Assembly: GCA_039818205.1 (NCBI GenBank)
Contig: JBCBUK010000006.1
Location: 1 to 64,000 of the forward strand
Direction: 5' to 3'
Length of the DNA: 64,000 nucleotides
From: Verrucomicrobiota bacterium
GTDB taxonomy: Bacteria > Verrucomicrobiota > Verrucomicrobiia > Opitutales > Cerasicoccaceae
Below are positions 9,571-18,552 of the stretch, one piece after another; position 1 is the first letter of the stretch, and every line of letters starts with the position of its first letter. Both the position numbers and the translations under genes were made by a program. Below the pieces are notes generated by a model. It did no database searches, was not told the DNA's origin, and saw only the letters and a program-made list of their open reading frames with translations.

Positions 9571-12252
9571 TTAGGCGGTTATGTCGGCGAGCACGCCTTC
9601 GAGGGCATCGGCATCGGAGCCGCCGCCCATCGCAAAGTCGGGTTTGCCGCCGCCTTTACCGCCCAGCTTACCGGTTAACTCGCGGATGATGTCGCCGGCC
9701 TTGTGGCCTTGAGCGATCGCTTCCGGGGAGCACAGGGCGAGGACCGTGACCTTGGGTCCGAACACACCCCCGAGAACCACCACACTCGGGCCGAGTTTCT
9801 TTTGCAAATCAACACCGAGCCCGCGCATATCGTTCGGGTTCGACACGCTGACTTTGCCAGCGAGCCACTTAATGCCGTCCTTCTCCACCGCCGAGTCAAT
9901 CAGGTTGCCGCCTTGAGCTTGAGCGGCCTTCTGCTCGAGCCCGCGCAACTTCTTCTCAAGTTCCTTTTGGGATTCCATGAGCTTGGTCACTCGCTCCTCG
10001 ATTTCCGTTGGTTTGCAGGAAAGCTTGTTTGCAAGGTGATGCAGTTCGGTAAAGTTCTTGGCGGTCAGGTCAAAGGCGGACTCACCGCATACGGCTTCGA
10101 TGCGCCGGCGGCCGGCGGCAATGGCGGTTTCCTGGCGGATCTTGAAGAGGCCTAACTCACCGGTCGCGGTCGAGTGCGTTCCGCCGCAAAGTTCTTTTGA
10201 GTATCCATCGATATCAACCACGCGCACCACGGTGCCGTATTTCTCACCAAATACGCCGATCACGTCATCAGGTTTGTCTTCAAAGGGGATTTCATACCAG
10301 TTGATACCGCCGTTGTCCAAGATCTTGCCGTTGACGAGGCGCTCAACCGTTTGGACCTCCTCGGGAGTCATGGCTTCAAAGTGGTCGAAGTCGAAGCGCA
10401 GGTGATCGGGAGCCACATGGGAACCAGCCTGGCGAACGTGGTTGCCCAGCGTTTCGCGCAAGGCCCAATTCAGCAGGTGCGTTGCGCTATGATGGCGTTG
10501 GATAGCCCGGCGGCGATCGCAGTCGACGGAGAGGTTCACGGACGTTCCAATGAAATCTTGGTAACCGTCGTCTTTAGCTACTTTGTGGAGGTGGTGGCCA
10601 ACCGCGTCCGTTACGGTGTCGACAACGGTGACGAGCCGGCCGTCGTTCAGCTTGATTGAGCCGGTGTCACCAACCTGGCCGCCCATTTCAGCATAGAACG
10701 GGCTTTGGGTTGTGATCAGGAAATCGGAGTCTTCACCGCGGAAGTAGCCAACTAGCTCAGTTGCGACGTTATGGATGTCCTTGCAGTTGTGGCCAACGAA
10801 TTGGGTCGAGTGAACTTTCTCCTCTTGGTCGACAACGCTGATCACCGTCTTGGTTTGGCTATCCTGGGCCAATTTGCGGTGCGCGGCCATCTCGGCCTCA
10901 TAGCCAGCTACGTCAACCAACAACCCACGCTCGCGAGCAATAAGCTGCGTCAGGTCCAGTGGGAAACCATAGGTACTTTGCAGTTCGAAAGCCTCCTTGC
11001 CGGAGATCATCTCGTCGGCCTGATACGTGATCTTATCCAGCAGTTGCAATCCGCGATCGAGCGTGCGGTCAAAGGCTTTTTCCTCTGACTCAATCTTCTT
11101 GCGGATGACGTCGCGCTGCTCGGCAAGTTCGGGGAAGAAGCCGCCCATTTTATCCACGAGTGGATCGACTAGCTTGGTAAAGAAGCCGGGCTTCATTTCG
11201 AGGCGCTTGCCAAACATCACGGCGCGGCGGAGGATGCGACGCAACACGTAGTTGCGCCCCTCGTTGCCTGGTAGAATACCGTCGGCAATCGAGAAGCAAA
11301 GTGTCCGGATGTGATCGGCGATAACGCGGAAGATCACATCGTTCATCTCGGTGCCCGAAAGATCGTCTCGATTTTGAGGCATGGTGGCCTCGTAAGTGCG
11401 CCCTGAAAGGTTCGAAATGTGCTCGAACAGATCGGTGAACAAATCGCTGTTGTAGTTGCTCGGAGGCTGGGTGTAGTCGGCAAAATTCTTGGTTGTGGCC
11501 AAGATTCCGGCAACCCGCTCAAAGCCCATGCCGGTATCGACGTGCTTCTCCTTTAACGGCTTGAATTCCCCGTTAGGCTCCGCGTTGAACTGGATGAAAA
11601 CGAGGTTCCAGATTTCGATGCAATAGGGGCTGTCAGCGTTAACCAACTCACCCCGGGTGTCACCGTTGGGCGTCAGGTCGATGTGGAGTTCGGAGCATGG
11701 GCCGCAGGGACCCGTGTCACCCATCATCCAAAAGTTGTCCTTCTTGCCGCCCGTGCGAATATGCACCGCGGGATCCAGGCCTTCTTTTTCAAAGATGGCC
11801 TTCCAGTAGTCGTAGGCTTCCTGGTCGAAGTCGGCGGGGTCGCCATCCGCGGGTTGATAAACCGTTGCGTAGAGGCGCTCTTTGGGGAAGCCCCACACGC
11901 CGGTCAATAGCTCCCATGCCCAATTGATGGCGTCGGGCTTGAAGTAGTCACCGAAGGACCAGTTTCCGAGCATCTCGAAAAAGGTGTGGTGATAGGTGTC
12001 AAAACCGACGTCTTCCAGGTCGTTATGCTTACCGCCAGCGCGAATACACTTCTGGGTGTCCGCAGCGCTCGGGTAGGGCGCTTTCTGCTCACCCAGAAAG
12101 TAAGGCACGAACTGGTTCATGCCCGCGTTGGTAAACAACAGGTTCGGGCTGCTCGGCATCAAGGAGGCCGAGGGCACGATCTGGTGTCCCTTCGACTCGA
12201 AGAAATCGAGGAAGGACTGGCGGAGCGAGGCACTGTCGGTTATCTGGTTCAT
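9571..12252 (-). CDS. alaS: Alanine--tRNA ligase
   Basis: LLFTNAGMNQF, HHTFFEMLGNWSFGDYFK, DTGMGFER, HSATHLL, ELCGGTH and GGKGGG. Confidence 0.98.
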   Translation of the reverse strand: MNQITDSASLRQSFLDFFESKGHQIVPSASLMPSSPNLLFTNAGMNQFVPYFLGEQKAPYPSAADTQKCIRAGGKHNDLEDVGFDTYHHTFFEMLGNWSFGDYFKPDAINWAWELLTGVWGFPKERLYATVYQPADGDPADFDQEAYDYWKAIFEKEGLDPAVHIRTGGKKDNFWMMGDTGPCGPCSELHIDLTPNGDTRGELVNADSPYCIEIWNLVFIQFNAEPNGEFKPLKEKHVDTGMGFERVAGILATTKNFADYTQPPSNYNSDLFTDLFEHISNLSGRTYEATMPQNRDDLSGTEMNDVIFRVIADHIRTLCFSIADGILPGNEGRNYVLRRILRRAVMFGKRLEMKPGFFTKLVDPLVDKMGGFFPELAEQRDVIRKKIESEEKAFDRTLDRGLQLLDKITYQADEMISGKEAFELQSTYGFPLDLTQLIARERGLLVDVAGYEAEMAAHRKLAQDSQTKTVISVVDQEEKVHSTQFVGHNCKDIHNVATELVGYFRGEDSDFLITTQSPFYAEMGGQVGDTGSIKLNDGRLVTVVDTVTDAVGHHLHKVAKDDGYQDFIGTSVNLSVDCDRRRAIQRHHSATHLLNWALRETLGNHVRQAGSHVAPDHLRFDFDHFEAMTPEEVQTVERLVNGKILDNGGINWYEIPFEDKPDDVIGVFGEKYGTVVRVVDIDGYSKELCGGTHSTATGELGLFKIRQETAIAAGRRRIEAVCGESAFDLTAKNFTELHHLANKLSCKPTEIEERVTKLMESQKELEKKLRGLEQKAAQAQGGNLIDSAVEKDGIKWLAGKVSVSNPNDMRGLGVDLQKKLGPSVVVLGGVFGPKVTVLALCSPEAIAQGHKAGDIIRELTGKLGGKGGGKPDFAMGGGSDADALEGVLADITA

Positions 12253-12404
12253 GACGAAAAACCGTGGAGATTGTCAGGCCTTCGCGCGCTTGAAAAGGGG
12301 AAAGTTGCCCGAGATACCGACTTGGATTGCGTATCAAATGATCTCCTGGCTCTCCCAACGCCAGATTGTTCTGGTGCGTCGAACCAGTGAAACACTCGGC
12401 GAGG

Positions 12405-12608
12405 TCAGCGTTCCTTTTTTCCGACTGACCAGATGGCGATTCCGAGCGAGAGGCCGATTGAAGGTCCCAGTGCGACGCCCATCGCAAGATTCCCGAAAAC
12501 AAGGCCAAAGGTGAGACCCAAGCTGGTTCCCAAGGATAAGCTAACGGCAATGACGATTGCCAGGGGGATTCCCTTCTCGGCAGACGATTGCTGTGGTTTC
12601 TCGCTCAT
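12405..12608 (-). CDS. Small Gly-rich membrane protein
   Basis: 67 aa with two glycine-zipper-like hydrophobic helices. Confidence 0.6.
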   Translation of the reverse strand: MSEKPQQSSAEKGIPLAIVIAVSLSLGTSLGLTFGLVFGNLAMGVALGPSIGLSLGIAIWSVGKKER

Positions 12609-12633
12609 ATGCGCTCGCCCAACATGTCAAGGT

Positions 12634-13329
12634 CTACGAACGTCGCCGAACAATTGCGAGCGCAATGGCCGCGAAGCCGGCAGCGAGGGCGAATAGCTTG
12701 GGCTCCGGAATTGCGGTATAGGTGACATCCAATGAGGGCGGCGCGGTCGAACCGGACCCGCCAAAGAGGATTACACTTTGCGGATCCGTAATGGTGCCGA
12801 TCAAAATAAAGCCATTATTGCTGGTCGGGGTGTCGACCCAGGATTGGACCAGTGGAATAAGCGCCGGATCGTCAAAGACAATGTTGCTCCATCCGCTGAC
12901 GGATACTGTATCGAGGACCGCTCCGAAATCGCCGCCGGACGTTGTCCAGGGGGTTTCCCAGGAAACCGAACCAGAAGGCGTCGGAGTCGTTCCCTGTCCT
13001 CCACCGGTGCCGGCTCCAGTGTTGGTTCCTTCAATCCATGGAGTCGTTACCGCCCGCAACTCGAAGTCTTGGGGTCCCGCGACACGTTCGGAGGTGAGAT
13101 TGAAGGTGACGGCGTTGATGGTTGATCCCGCCGGAATCGAGGTGAGGTCAAACTGAACTAAGGCACGGCGTTCCTGGCCAGTGTTGTTGTATCCGGAGAA
13201 TAAATCTCCGTCGCTGATTGACGTATCGTTGTCGAGGATCGTGGCATCCTGCACCGATGCAAACTGCAATGAGGCTGCAAACGCGCCGAGGGGGGCAAGG
13301 AGGGCAAGGATCGGGATGGAAGCTCTCAT
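12634..13329 (-). CDS. DNRLRE-like domain PEP-CTERM protein (paralog B)
   Basis: Signal peptide, QDATI, RRALVQFDLTSIP, WTTSGGDF, VQSWVDTP..NNGFIL and IPEP+TM+RRR. Confidence 0.82.
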   Translation of the reverse strand: MRASIPILALLAPLGAFAASLQFASVQDATILDNDTSISDGDLFSGYNNTGQERRALVQFDLTSIPAGSTINAVTFNLTSERVAGPQDFELRAVTTPWIEGTNTGAGTGGGQGTTPTPSGSVSWETPWTTSGGDFGAVLDTVSVSGWSNIVFDDPALIPLVQSWVDTPTSNNGFILIGTITDPQSVILFGGSGSTAPPSLDVTYTAIPEPKLFALAAGFAAIALAIVRRRS

Positions 13330-13345
13330 AGTGCTATTGGTGGAT

Positions 13346-14038
13346 CTACTTTCGACGAATGATGGCGAGACCGATGGCTGCAAAACCGGCGGCCAGGGCA
13401 AATAGTTTTGGCTCTGGAATCGCGGTGTAGGTGACATCTAAAACCGGAGCAACCCCGGTTTCGGAGCTTCCAAACCGAATTGCATTTTGAGCATTGGTGT
13501 TGGTCCCCACGAGGATAAAGCCATTGTTAGCAGCCGGAGTGCCAACCCAGGTTTGAACAAGCGCGAGAAGTAAGGGGTCCGAGAAACTGACGGTTCCCGC
13601 GGAGTCCACCAAAACGGAATCAAGGGCCGAGCCAAAATCACCACCGGAGGTCGTCCATGGGGTCTCCCATGAGACTGAACCGACGGGTGTGGGGGTCGAC
13701 CCTTGACCGCCACCACCGCCATTGCCTGTGTTGGTTCCAGCGACCCATGGTGTGTTCACCGCGTGCAGGGTGAAGGTCTGGCTACCCTGGAGCAGGTTGG
13801 CATCGAAGCTCAAGCTTACGGAATCAACCGCGGCGCTTGCCGGGATCGCACTCACATCGAATTGAACCAACGGACGGCGCTCTTGGCCACTTGCGTTGTA
13901 GCCACCAAACAAGCTTCCGTTGCCGACCGAAGTGTCGTTTGCCATGATGGAAGCATCTTGGCTGGGAGTGAACTGCATCGATGCGGCAAATGTGGCGATC
14001 GGAGTGATGGTGATTAAGACAGCAGGGGGGATTTTCAT
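13346..14038 (-). CDS. DNRLRE-like domain PEP-CTERM protein (paralog A)
   Basis: Collinear paralog of 12634-13329, ending IPEPKLFALAAGFAAIGLAIIRRK. Confidence 0.82.
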   Translation of the reverse strand: MKIPPAVLITITPIATFAASMQFTPSQDASIMANDTSVGNGSLFGGYNASGQERRPLVQFDVSAIPASAAVDSVSLSFDANLLQGSQTFTLHAVNTPWVAGTNTGNGGGGGQGSTPTPVGSVSWETPWTTSGGDFGSALDSVLVDSAGTVSFSDPLLLALVQTWVGTPAANNGFILVGTNTNAQNAIRFGSSETGVAPVLDVTYTAIPEPKLFALAAGFAAIGLAIIRRK

Positions 14039-14298
14039 TAACGTCACCTATAACAAATTGCTGCCAATGTTCAAGCGAAGGACGAATTTCTTCGCTAATT
14101 GGTGACTGATCGCCACTTCCGGATGCATTTCATTAAGAATCATTAATCAGTAACCTGCCTTAACCGCTTGATTAGTCCAGAGGCCCTGGAGGTTCCTGGG
14201 GCATTGGCCCAGGCTCTGATTTCGGATACATTCTATATCCGGTCTGGGGCGTCCAGTAGCCTTGACCGTTGTGCCGCATTATGGTCGGCTTTAAAGTG

Positions 14299-15264
14299 AT
14301 GAGGAATGGTGAGATAATCACGCGTGCACTGCTGTACGCGATTCTCTGGGCTGGGCTGATAACGGCTGCCCGTGCTTCCACCTTTTCTTTCGTGGACCAT
14401 GGCGCCACGATTGAGATCACGGGCTTTGCCGGTGCTGAGGTGGAGCATTTGGAGATTCCGGCGGAGATCAGTGGTAAGCCAGTTACCCAGATCGCTGCCA
14501 ACGCATTTGATGGGACCGACATTCGATCGGTGGTATTGGCCGCTGGTATCGAAGAGATCGGCTCGAGGGCCTTCTTTGGCTGTATACGGCTGCGGACATT
14601 TTCAATTTCGGATGGCTTGCGCATAATCGGCAGCGAAGCTTTTGGCCAGTGCTTTGGCTTACGGTTGCTAACGCTGCCAGAGTCGGTTGAATCAATTGGC
14701 GCGGACGCATTTAATGTATCCGGCTTGTCTTCAGTATACTTTCTCGGCGACCTCCCGTCGATTGGTGGCGACCTCGCTGAGCTGCAGCCGCGGGTTTACT
14801 TTTTCGCCGATTACCCAGCCTTTCAGACGGTTAGTTGGAAGGAAAATGGATCGCTCGACCTGGGACCGAAGACGGATGCCATTGTTTGGATGTTCGACAA
14901 TGATCTCTTTAACGAGTTTTGGACCATCTACGACCCGGACAACTCAGAATTGAACGTCAGCGATATGGCCGCCGTTCCAAGATTTGTCCCGCAAAGCTTG
15001 CAGTCGCTCTTTTACTATTATGCGATGGATCTGCCCTTCGACAACGAGGTCGTCGAGTCGATGGATCTGAGCGGCGTGCAGCCGAAATATCGCTTCTACG
15101 CTGGTCGTGCAGATGTCGACTATATCGTTGAGGTGAGCTCAAATTTGGTGACTTGGATCGAGCTCGATGAGATGTTCATCGTTGACGATGTCGATGGTTA
15201 TCGGTTCGCCTGCCTGAACGCGGGTGTCGACATTTACATCCGGGTCCTGGCGACCCCAAAGTAG
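14299..15264 (+). CDS. BspA-type leucine-rich repeat (LRR_5) secreted protein
   Basis: Signal peptide; IPAEISGKPVTQIAANAF, IEEIGSRAFFGC and LPESVESIGADAF repeats. Confidence 0.85.
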   Translation: MRNGEIITRALLYAILWAGLITAARASTFSFVDHGATIEITGFAGAEVEHLEIPAEISGKPVTQIAANAFDGTDIRSVVLAAGIEEIGSRAFFGCIRLRTFSISDGLRIIGSEAFGQCFGLRLLTLPESVESIGADAFNVSGLSSVYFLGDLPSIGGDLAELQPRVYFFADYPAFQTVSWKENGSLDLGPKTDAIVWMFDNDLFNEFWTIYDPDNSELNVSDMAAVPRFVPQSLQSLFYYYAMDLPFDNEVVESMDLSGVQPKYRFYAGRADVDYIVEVSSNLVTWIELDEMFIVDDVDGYRFACLNAGVDIYIRVLATPK

Positions 15265-15277
15265 GGGAGCCGGGAAA

Positions 15278-15715
15278 TCATTCCGGCTTGGGCGGGTCTC
15301 CCCAGTCAGCTTCCAAGGCTCGCCGCAGGGCTCGGGCGTCAGATTCGCCGATGCGTTTGGCTAGTTCCTCTTCCAGCCGATTCAGTTCGGCAATGGCGTC
15401 AAACACCAGTTGCCGTCCAGCATCGGTGATTACGATGACCTTGGTGTTGGCGCGCTTGGGATCGGTTTCCAACGAAACGTAACCGTCGGCGACTAGGTTT
15501 TTCAGGAGTTTCCCAATGGCCTGCCGGGATACTTTCATCCGTCTCGCTAACTCCGAGGCGTAGGTTTCTCCGCAGTCCAGATTTGCAAGGAGCTGGAGGT
15601 CGGCCTTACTCAAGTTGCCGTATTCTGTCTCGGCAAAAGCAGCCATCAACCCCTCTTGGAACCACGAATAACCGTGGGACATCAATTGAATCATCGATAG
15701 GCCGCTTTTATCCAT
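15278..15715 (-). CDS. MarR family transcriptional regulator
   Basis: SELARRMKVSRQAIGKLLKNLVADGYV...DPKRANTKVIVITDAG winged helix. Confidence 0.9.
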   Translation of the reverse strand: MDKSGLSMIQLMSHGYSWFQEGLMAAFAETEYGNLSKADLQLLANLDCGETYASELARRMKVSRQAIGKLLKNLVADGYVSLETDPKRANTKVIVITDAGRQLVFDAIAELNRLEEELAKRIGESDARALRRALEADWGDPPKPE

Positions 15716-15761
15716 TGTAAACTTGGTTGACAATATGGCAGAGGTTGTAAACTATGTTGAC
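15715..15761. promoter_or_regulatory. Two imperfect palindromic boxes, probable MarR operators
   Basis: TTGTAAACTTGGTTGAC (15715-15731) and TTGTAAACTATGTTGAC (15745-15761) lie between divergent genes. Confidence 0.7.
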
Positions 15762-15799
15762 GAGTTGAGCTTGTTAATCACTGCAACCGATAAACCGCC

Positions 15800-16198
15800 A
15801 TGAATCCACTCTCAAATGATCAATTACTCCGACGCGCCCTCTTTGGAAATGCCGTTTCTTCGTCGCTATCCGGTCTAGTAATGCTCCTGTTTAGCCAGAC
15901 CTTAGGCAGCTTAATAGGTATCGAAACCAGCTGGTTCCTTCCATGGATTGGAGGCGCACTTCTACTCTTTGCTGTCGACCTCGTTCATCAGGCAACCCGT
16001 CCAAACCTCAATCGAGTTCGCGCTCTTGGTTCCTCCATCGGTGACTTTTTCTGGGTTCTGGCGTCGATTGTGCTGCTTCTTTGCTGCGGGTCTTTCTTCA
16101 CTCCTGCCGGCGTTTGGATAATCAGCCTAATCGCAATCATGGTATTGGTGTTTGGAATTTTACAAATAATTGGGGTACAACGGCTTGCTGTTTTATAG
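15800..16198 (+). CDS. Four-TM membrane protein, probable MarR target
   Basis: 132-aa hydrophobic ORF divergent from marR. Confidence 0.75.
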   Translation: MNPLSNDQLLRRALFGNAVSSSLSGLVMLLFSQTLGSLIGIETSWFLPWIGGALLLFAVDLVHQATRPNLNRVRALGSSIGDFFWVLASIVLLLCCGSFFTPAGVWIISLIAIMVLVFGILQIIGVQRLAVL

Positions 16199-16358
16199 CC
16201 GGTTATTGAGAACCACTAAACCTCCTAATGGGTCCGCTGTTTGTGGTGGGTCTAACGGCCAGATTGCTTTGGGCTACCCCATTTGACCCTACTGTAATAC
16301 GGCCAAAAACTTTTGAAATTAGTGCAATTTTTCTCTAAGTTGTCCGTCTAAAATAATT

Positions 16359-17072
16359 ATGCGTTTGTCGCTTTTAGTCTCATGGGTGTGCTTTGTGCCC
16401 ATTCTCAGTGCCCAGTCATTCACTTTTGACTGGGATTCTGTGAGCTGGGGCAGCGGCACGACCTCCAATACTTTCAACGACGTGGATGGCAGTGGCGTCG
16501 ATGTCACCATTAGCATTTCGGGAGGCAGCTTCCTCGCGGGTTTTCCGCAGATCACTCAAAATCAAACGGGAGGTTTGTCGCCGGCACAAGACGCCCTGGA
16601 ACTCTTCATTAATGAGTCCGCCTCTGGCAACGGCCTAACCTTGACGATGACCTTCTCGGAGGAGATCGAGAATTTGTCGCTGACCTTGTTCGATGTGGAT
16701 ACGGGTCCGGGTGGCTTCTTTAGCCCGACTTTCCGAGATCAGGTGACCTTTGCGGAAACGCCAACGACGTTTTCGGACTCGGCGGCTAATTTTGTATCTG
16801 GAGCAAGCGCTTTCGGGATTTCAGAGAATGTGCCAACCTCTGCCGGCGGGAATGTGTCGGCGTCTTTTTCAGCTCCTCGTACCAGCCTTCAGTTTTTCTA
16901 CGGCGCAGGACCGTTCACACAGACGAATCCGGCCCAGCAGGCAATCAGCCTTTATGATTTCACATTCGAAGTGACACCGGTTGTCCCCGAGCCGGGCACC
17001 TGGATTGCCGGGGGGACGCTAGTCGCTGCGTGCGCGATCTATTCCCTGCGCCGCCGAAAGCGTCGCGCCTGA
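16359..17072 (+). CDS. PEP-CTERM surface protein
   Basis: Signal peptide, Ser/Thr/Phe-rich body and VVPEPGTW+TM+RRRKRR. Confidence 0.85.
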   Translation: MRLSLLVSWVCFVPILSAQSFTFDWDSVSWGSGTTSNTFNDVDGSGVDVTISISGGSFLAGFPQITQNQTGGLSPAQDALELFINESASGNGLTLTMTFSEEIENLSLTLFDVDTGPGGFFSPTFRDQVTFAETPTTFSDSAANFVSGASAFGISENVPTSAGGNVSASFSAPRTSLQFFYGAGPFTQTNPAQQAISLYDFTFEVTPVVPEPGTWIAGGTLVAACAIYSLRRRKRRA

Positions 17073-17087
17073 GTCATTGCCCGGTCT

Positions 17088-18428
17088 TCAATCCTGGTCG
17101 AACGCCTGGTTTTCCCGCGACAAGGCAAGTAGCCGCCGGGACAAGAGCCGATTCTCGATCTTCCGACACAGCGAGTTGCTCTGTTCGAGGAATATCGAGA
17201 ACATGCGATCGCCCCGTAGGTCGTCCTCGGTCAATTCGGTTAGGGCCAAGTGCTGCAGTTCGGTTGTCTTACGGTGAAGCTCCCTCAGCTCATCGGTGCA
17301 GGTCGTTTCGGTCAACTGCCGGTCCAATTCTAAGGTGCGGTTGACAAAGATATCCAGGCGCTCCTTCTGGATCAGAAAATTCTGGTTGCGTTCCTCTTCG
17401 CTCAAGGTGCGGTAGCGCTGCCAGCCGAGCCAAAGAAGGGCGATCACGGCGACGAATAGCTCTTTGGCGGCTGAGAGGGACTCCAGGAAAGTCGCCAAGG
17501 TGTCGATTCCAGCATAAGGCTGTAAATAGCCAAAACTCGTTGGATGCCAATTGGTTGTGCTGAGATCCACCGCCTCGCCCTTGTTCATGAGGCCCGGAAA
17601 TTCACGCTGAAGGTGCTCGCCGAAAACGGTGTTGAGCACGGCTCGCACTGCGGGAGGCGAGGCATCTCGGCGGGCCGCGATCCGCGCCGTGCTCGAAAGC
17701 GTCTCAACTGAGTCTCGCGGGATCGCGCGAGAGCCCGAGTAGATGCCTCGAGGAATCTGGTTCACCGTATAGAAGTTGTAGTCGTAGGAGATCGCCTCGG
17801 CGTCATCCACCGGTAGGAGGGTATAATCGCCGGTCCCGAGCAACTTGCGGAGGCCCGGGCTGCTCATGCTGGTGATCTCAATAGCGGCGTCGACAATCGG
17901 GAGCTTTGGTAGATCATAGGTCTCCGCCCATTCGGTGGAGTCCTTGGACGGATGAATCCCATAGTGCTCAAAGATGACCTCAGCGTGGGCTTTGTCCGCT
18001 GAGCCCGCAGGGCCGAAGATGATGCGCTTACCGTTTAGCTGGCGGATGCTCTCGATCCCCGATCCGTTGCGGACAATAATGTGGACGTACTCCTCGTAGA
18101 CTGGCGTTACGACGGCCATGTCTTTCTCCAGAACGGTATCGGCCGAGATGAGGGCGAAATCCGCTTCTCCAGAGGCTAACCGCGATCGATTCTCCACGGA
18201 ACCGTCGGTGCTAAGCACCTCGACTGTCATGCCGGTCGTTCGCTCCAGCTCACTCGCAATCAATTCGGTGAGCGCCTGGAATGAGCCACCATTGGTGCCG
18301 CCAGCGATGACAATCTTATCAGGCAGACGCTCCCGTGTCCCAAACCACCAAATCACGGACAACACCAGCACCGTCACCATCAATAGAGCGATGCTGCGGC
18401 GGACGGTGGCAGTTTTTAGCTTACTCAC
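17088..18428 (-). CDS. TAXI-family TRAP solute-binding protein with C-terminal TM and helical extension
   Basis: IAGGTNGGSF, TDGSVENRSRLASGEADFAL, YEEYVHIIVR and GPAGS. Confidence 0.8.
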   Translation of the reverse strand: MSKLKTATVRRSIALLMVTVLVLSVIWWFGTRERLPDKIVIAGGTNGGSFQALTELIASELERTTGMTVEVLSTDGSVENRSRLASGEADFALISADTVLEKDMAVVTPVYEEYVHIIVRNGSGIESIRQLNGKRIIFGPAGSADKAHAEVIFEHYGIHPSKDSTEWAETYDLPKLPIVDAAIEITSMSSPGLRKLLGTGDYTLLPVDDAEAISYDYNFYTVNQIPRGIYSGSRAIPRDSVETLSSTARIAARRDASPPAVRAVLNTVFGEHLQREFPGLMNKGEAVDLSTTNWHPTSFGYLQPYAGIDTLATFLESLSAAKELFVAVIALLWLGWQRYRTLSEEERNQNFLIQKERLDIFVNRTLELDRQLTETTCTDELRELHRKTTELQHLALTELTEDDLRGDRMFSIFLEQSNSLCRKIENRLLSRRLLALSRENQAFDQD

Positions 18429-18552
18429 GGCAGGATAGTGATTGTCATTACGAACGCTAATTGAGCCAATGTCGAGCGGCCATGTCGCCAGAGGGCGATT
18501 TTCTTAAGTCACATTCTTGCAAAGTCCAAGGGCCACCGCCAAGTTGTGCCCA

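Noticed and set aside
14150..14175. Minus-strand CAAGCGGTTAAGGCA resembling a tRNA D-arm
   Set aside because: No T-loop (GTTCGA), acceptor stem or anticodon arm.
16201..16290. GGGTCTAA...GCTACC resembling a c-di-GMP-I riboswitch upstream of a PEP-CTERM gene
   Set aside because: It lacks the GGCAAA/GAAA-tetraloop/GCAAA core.
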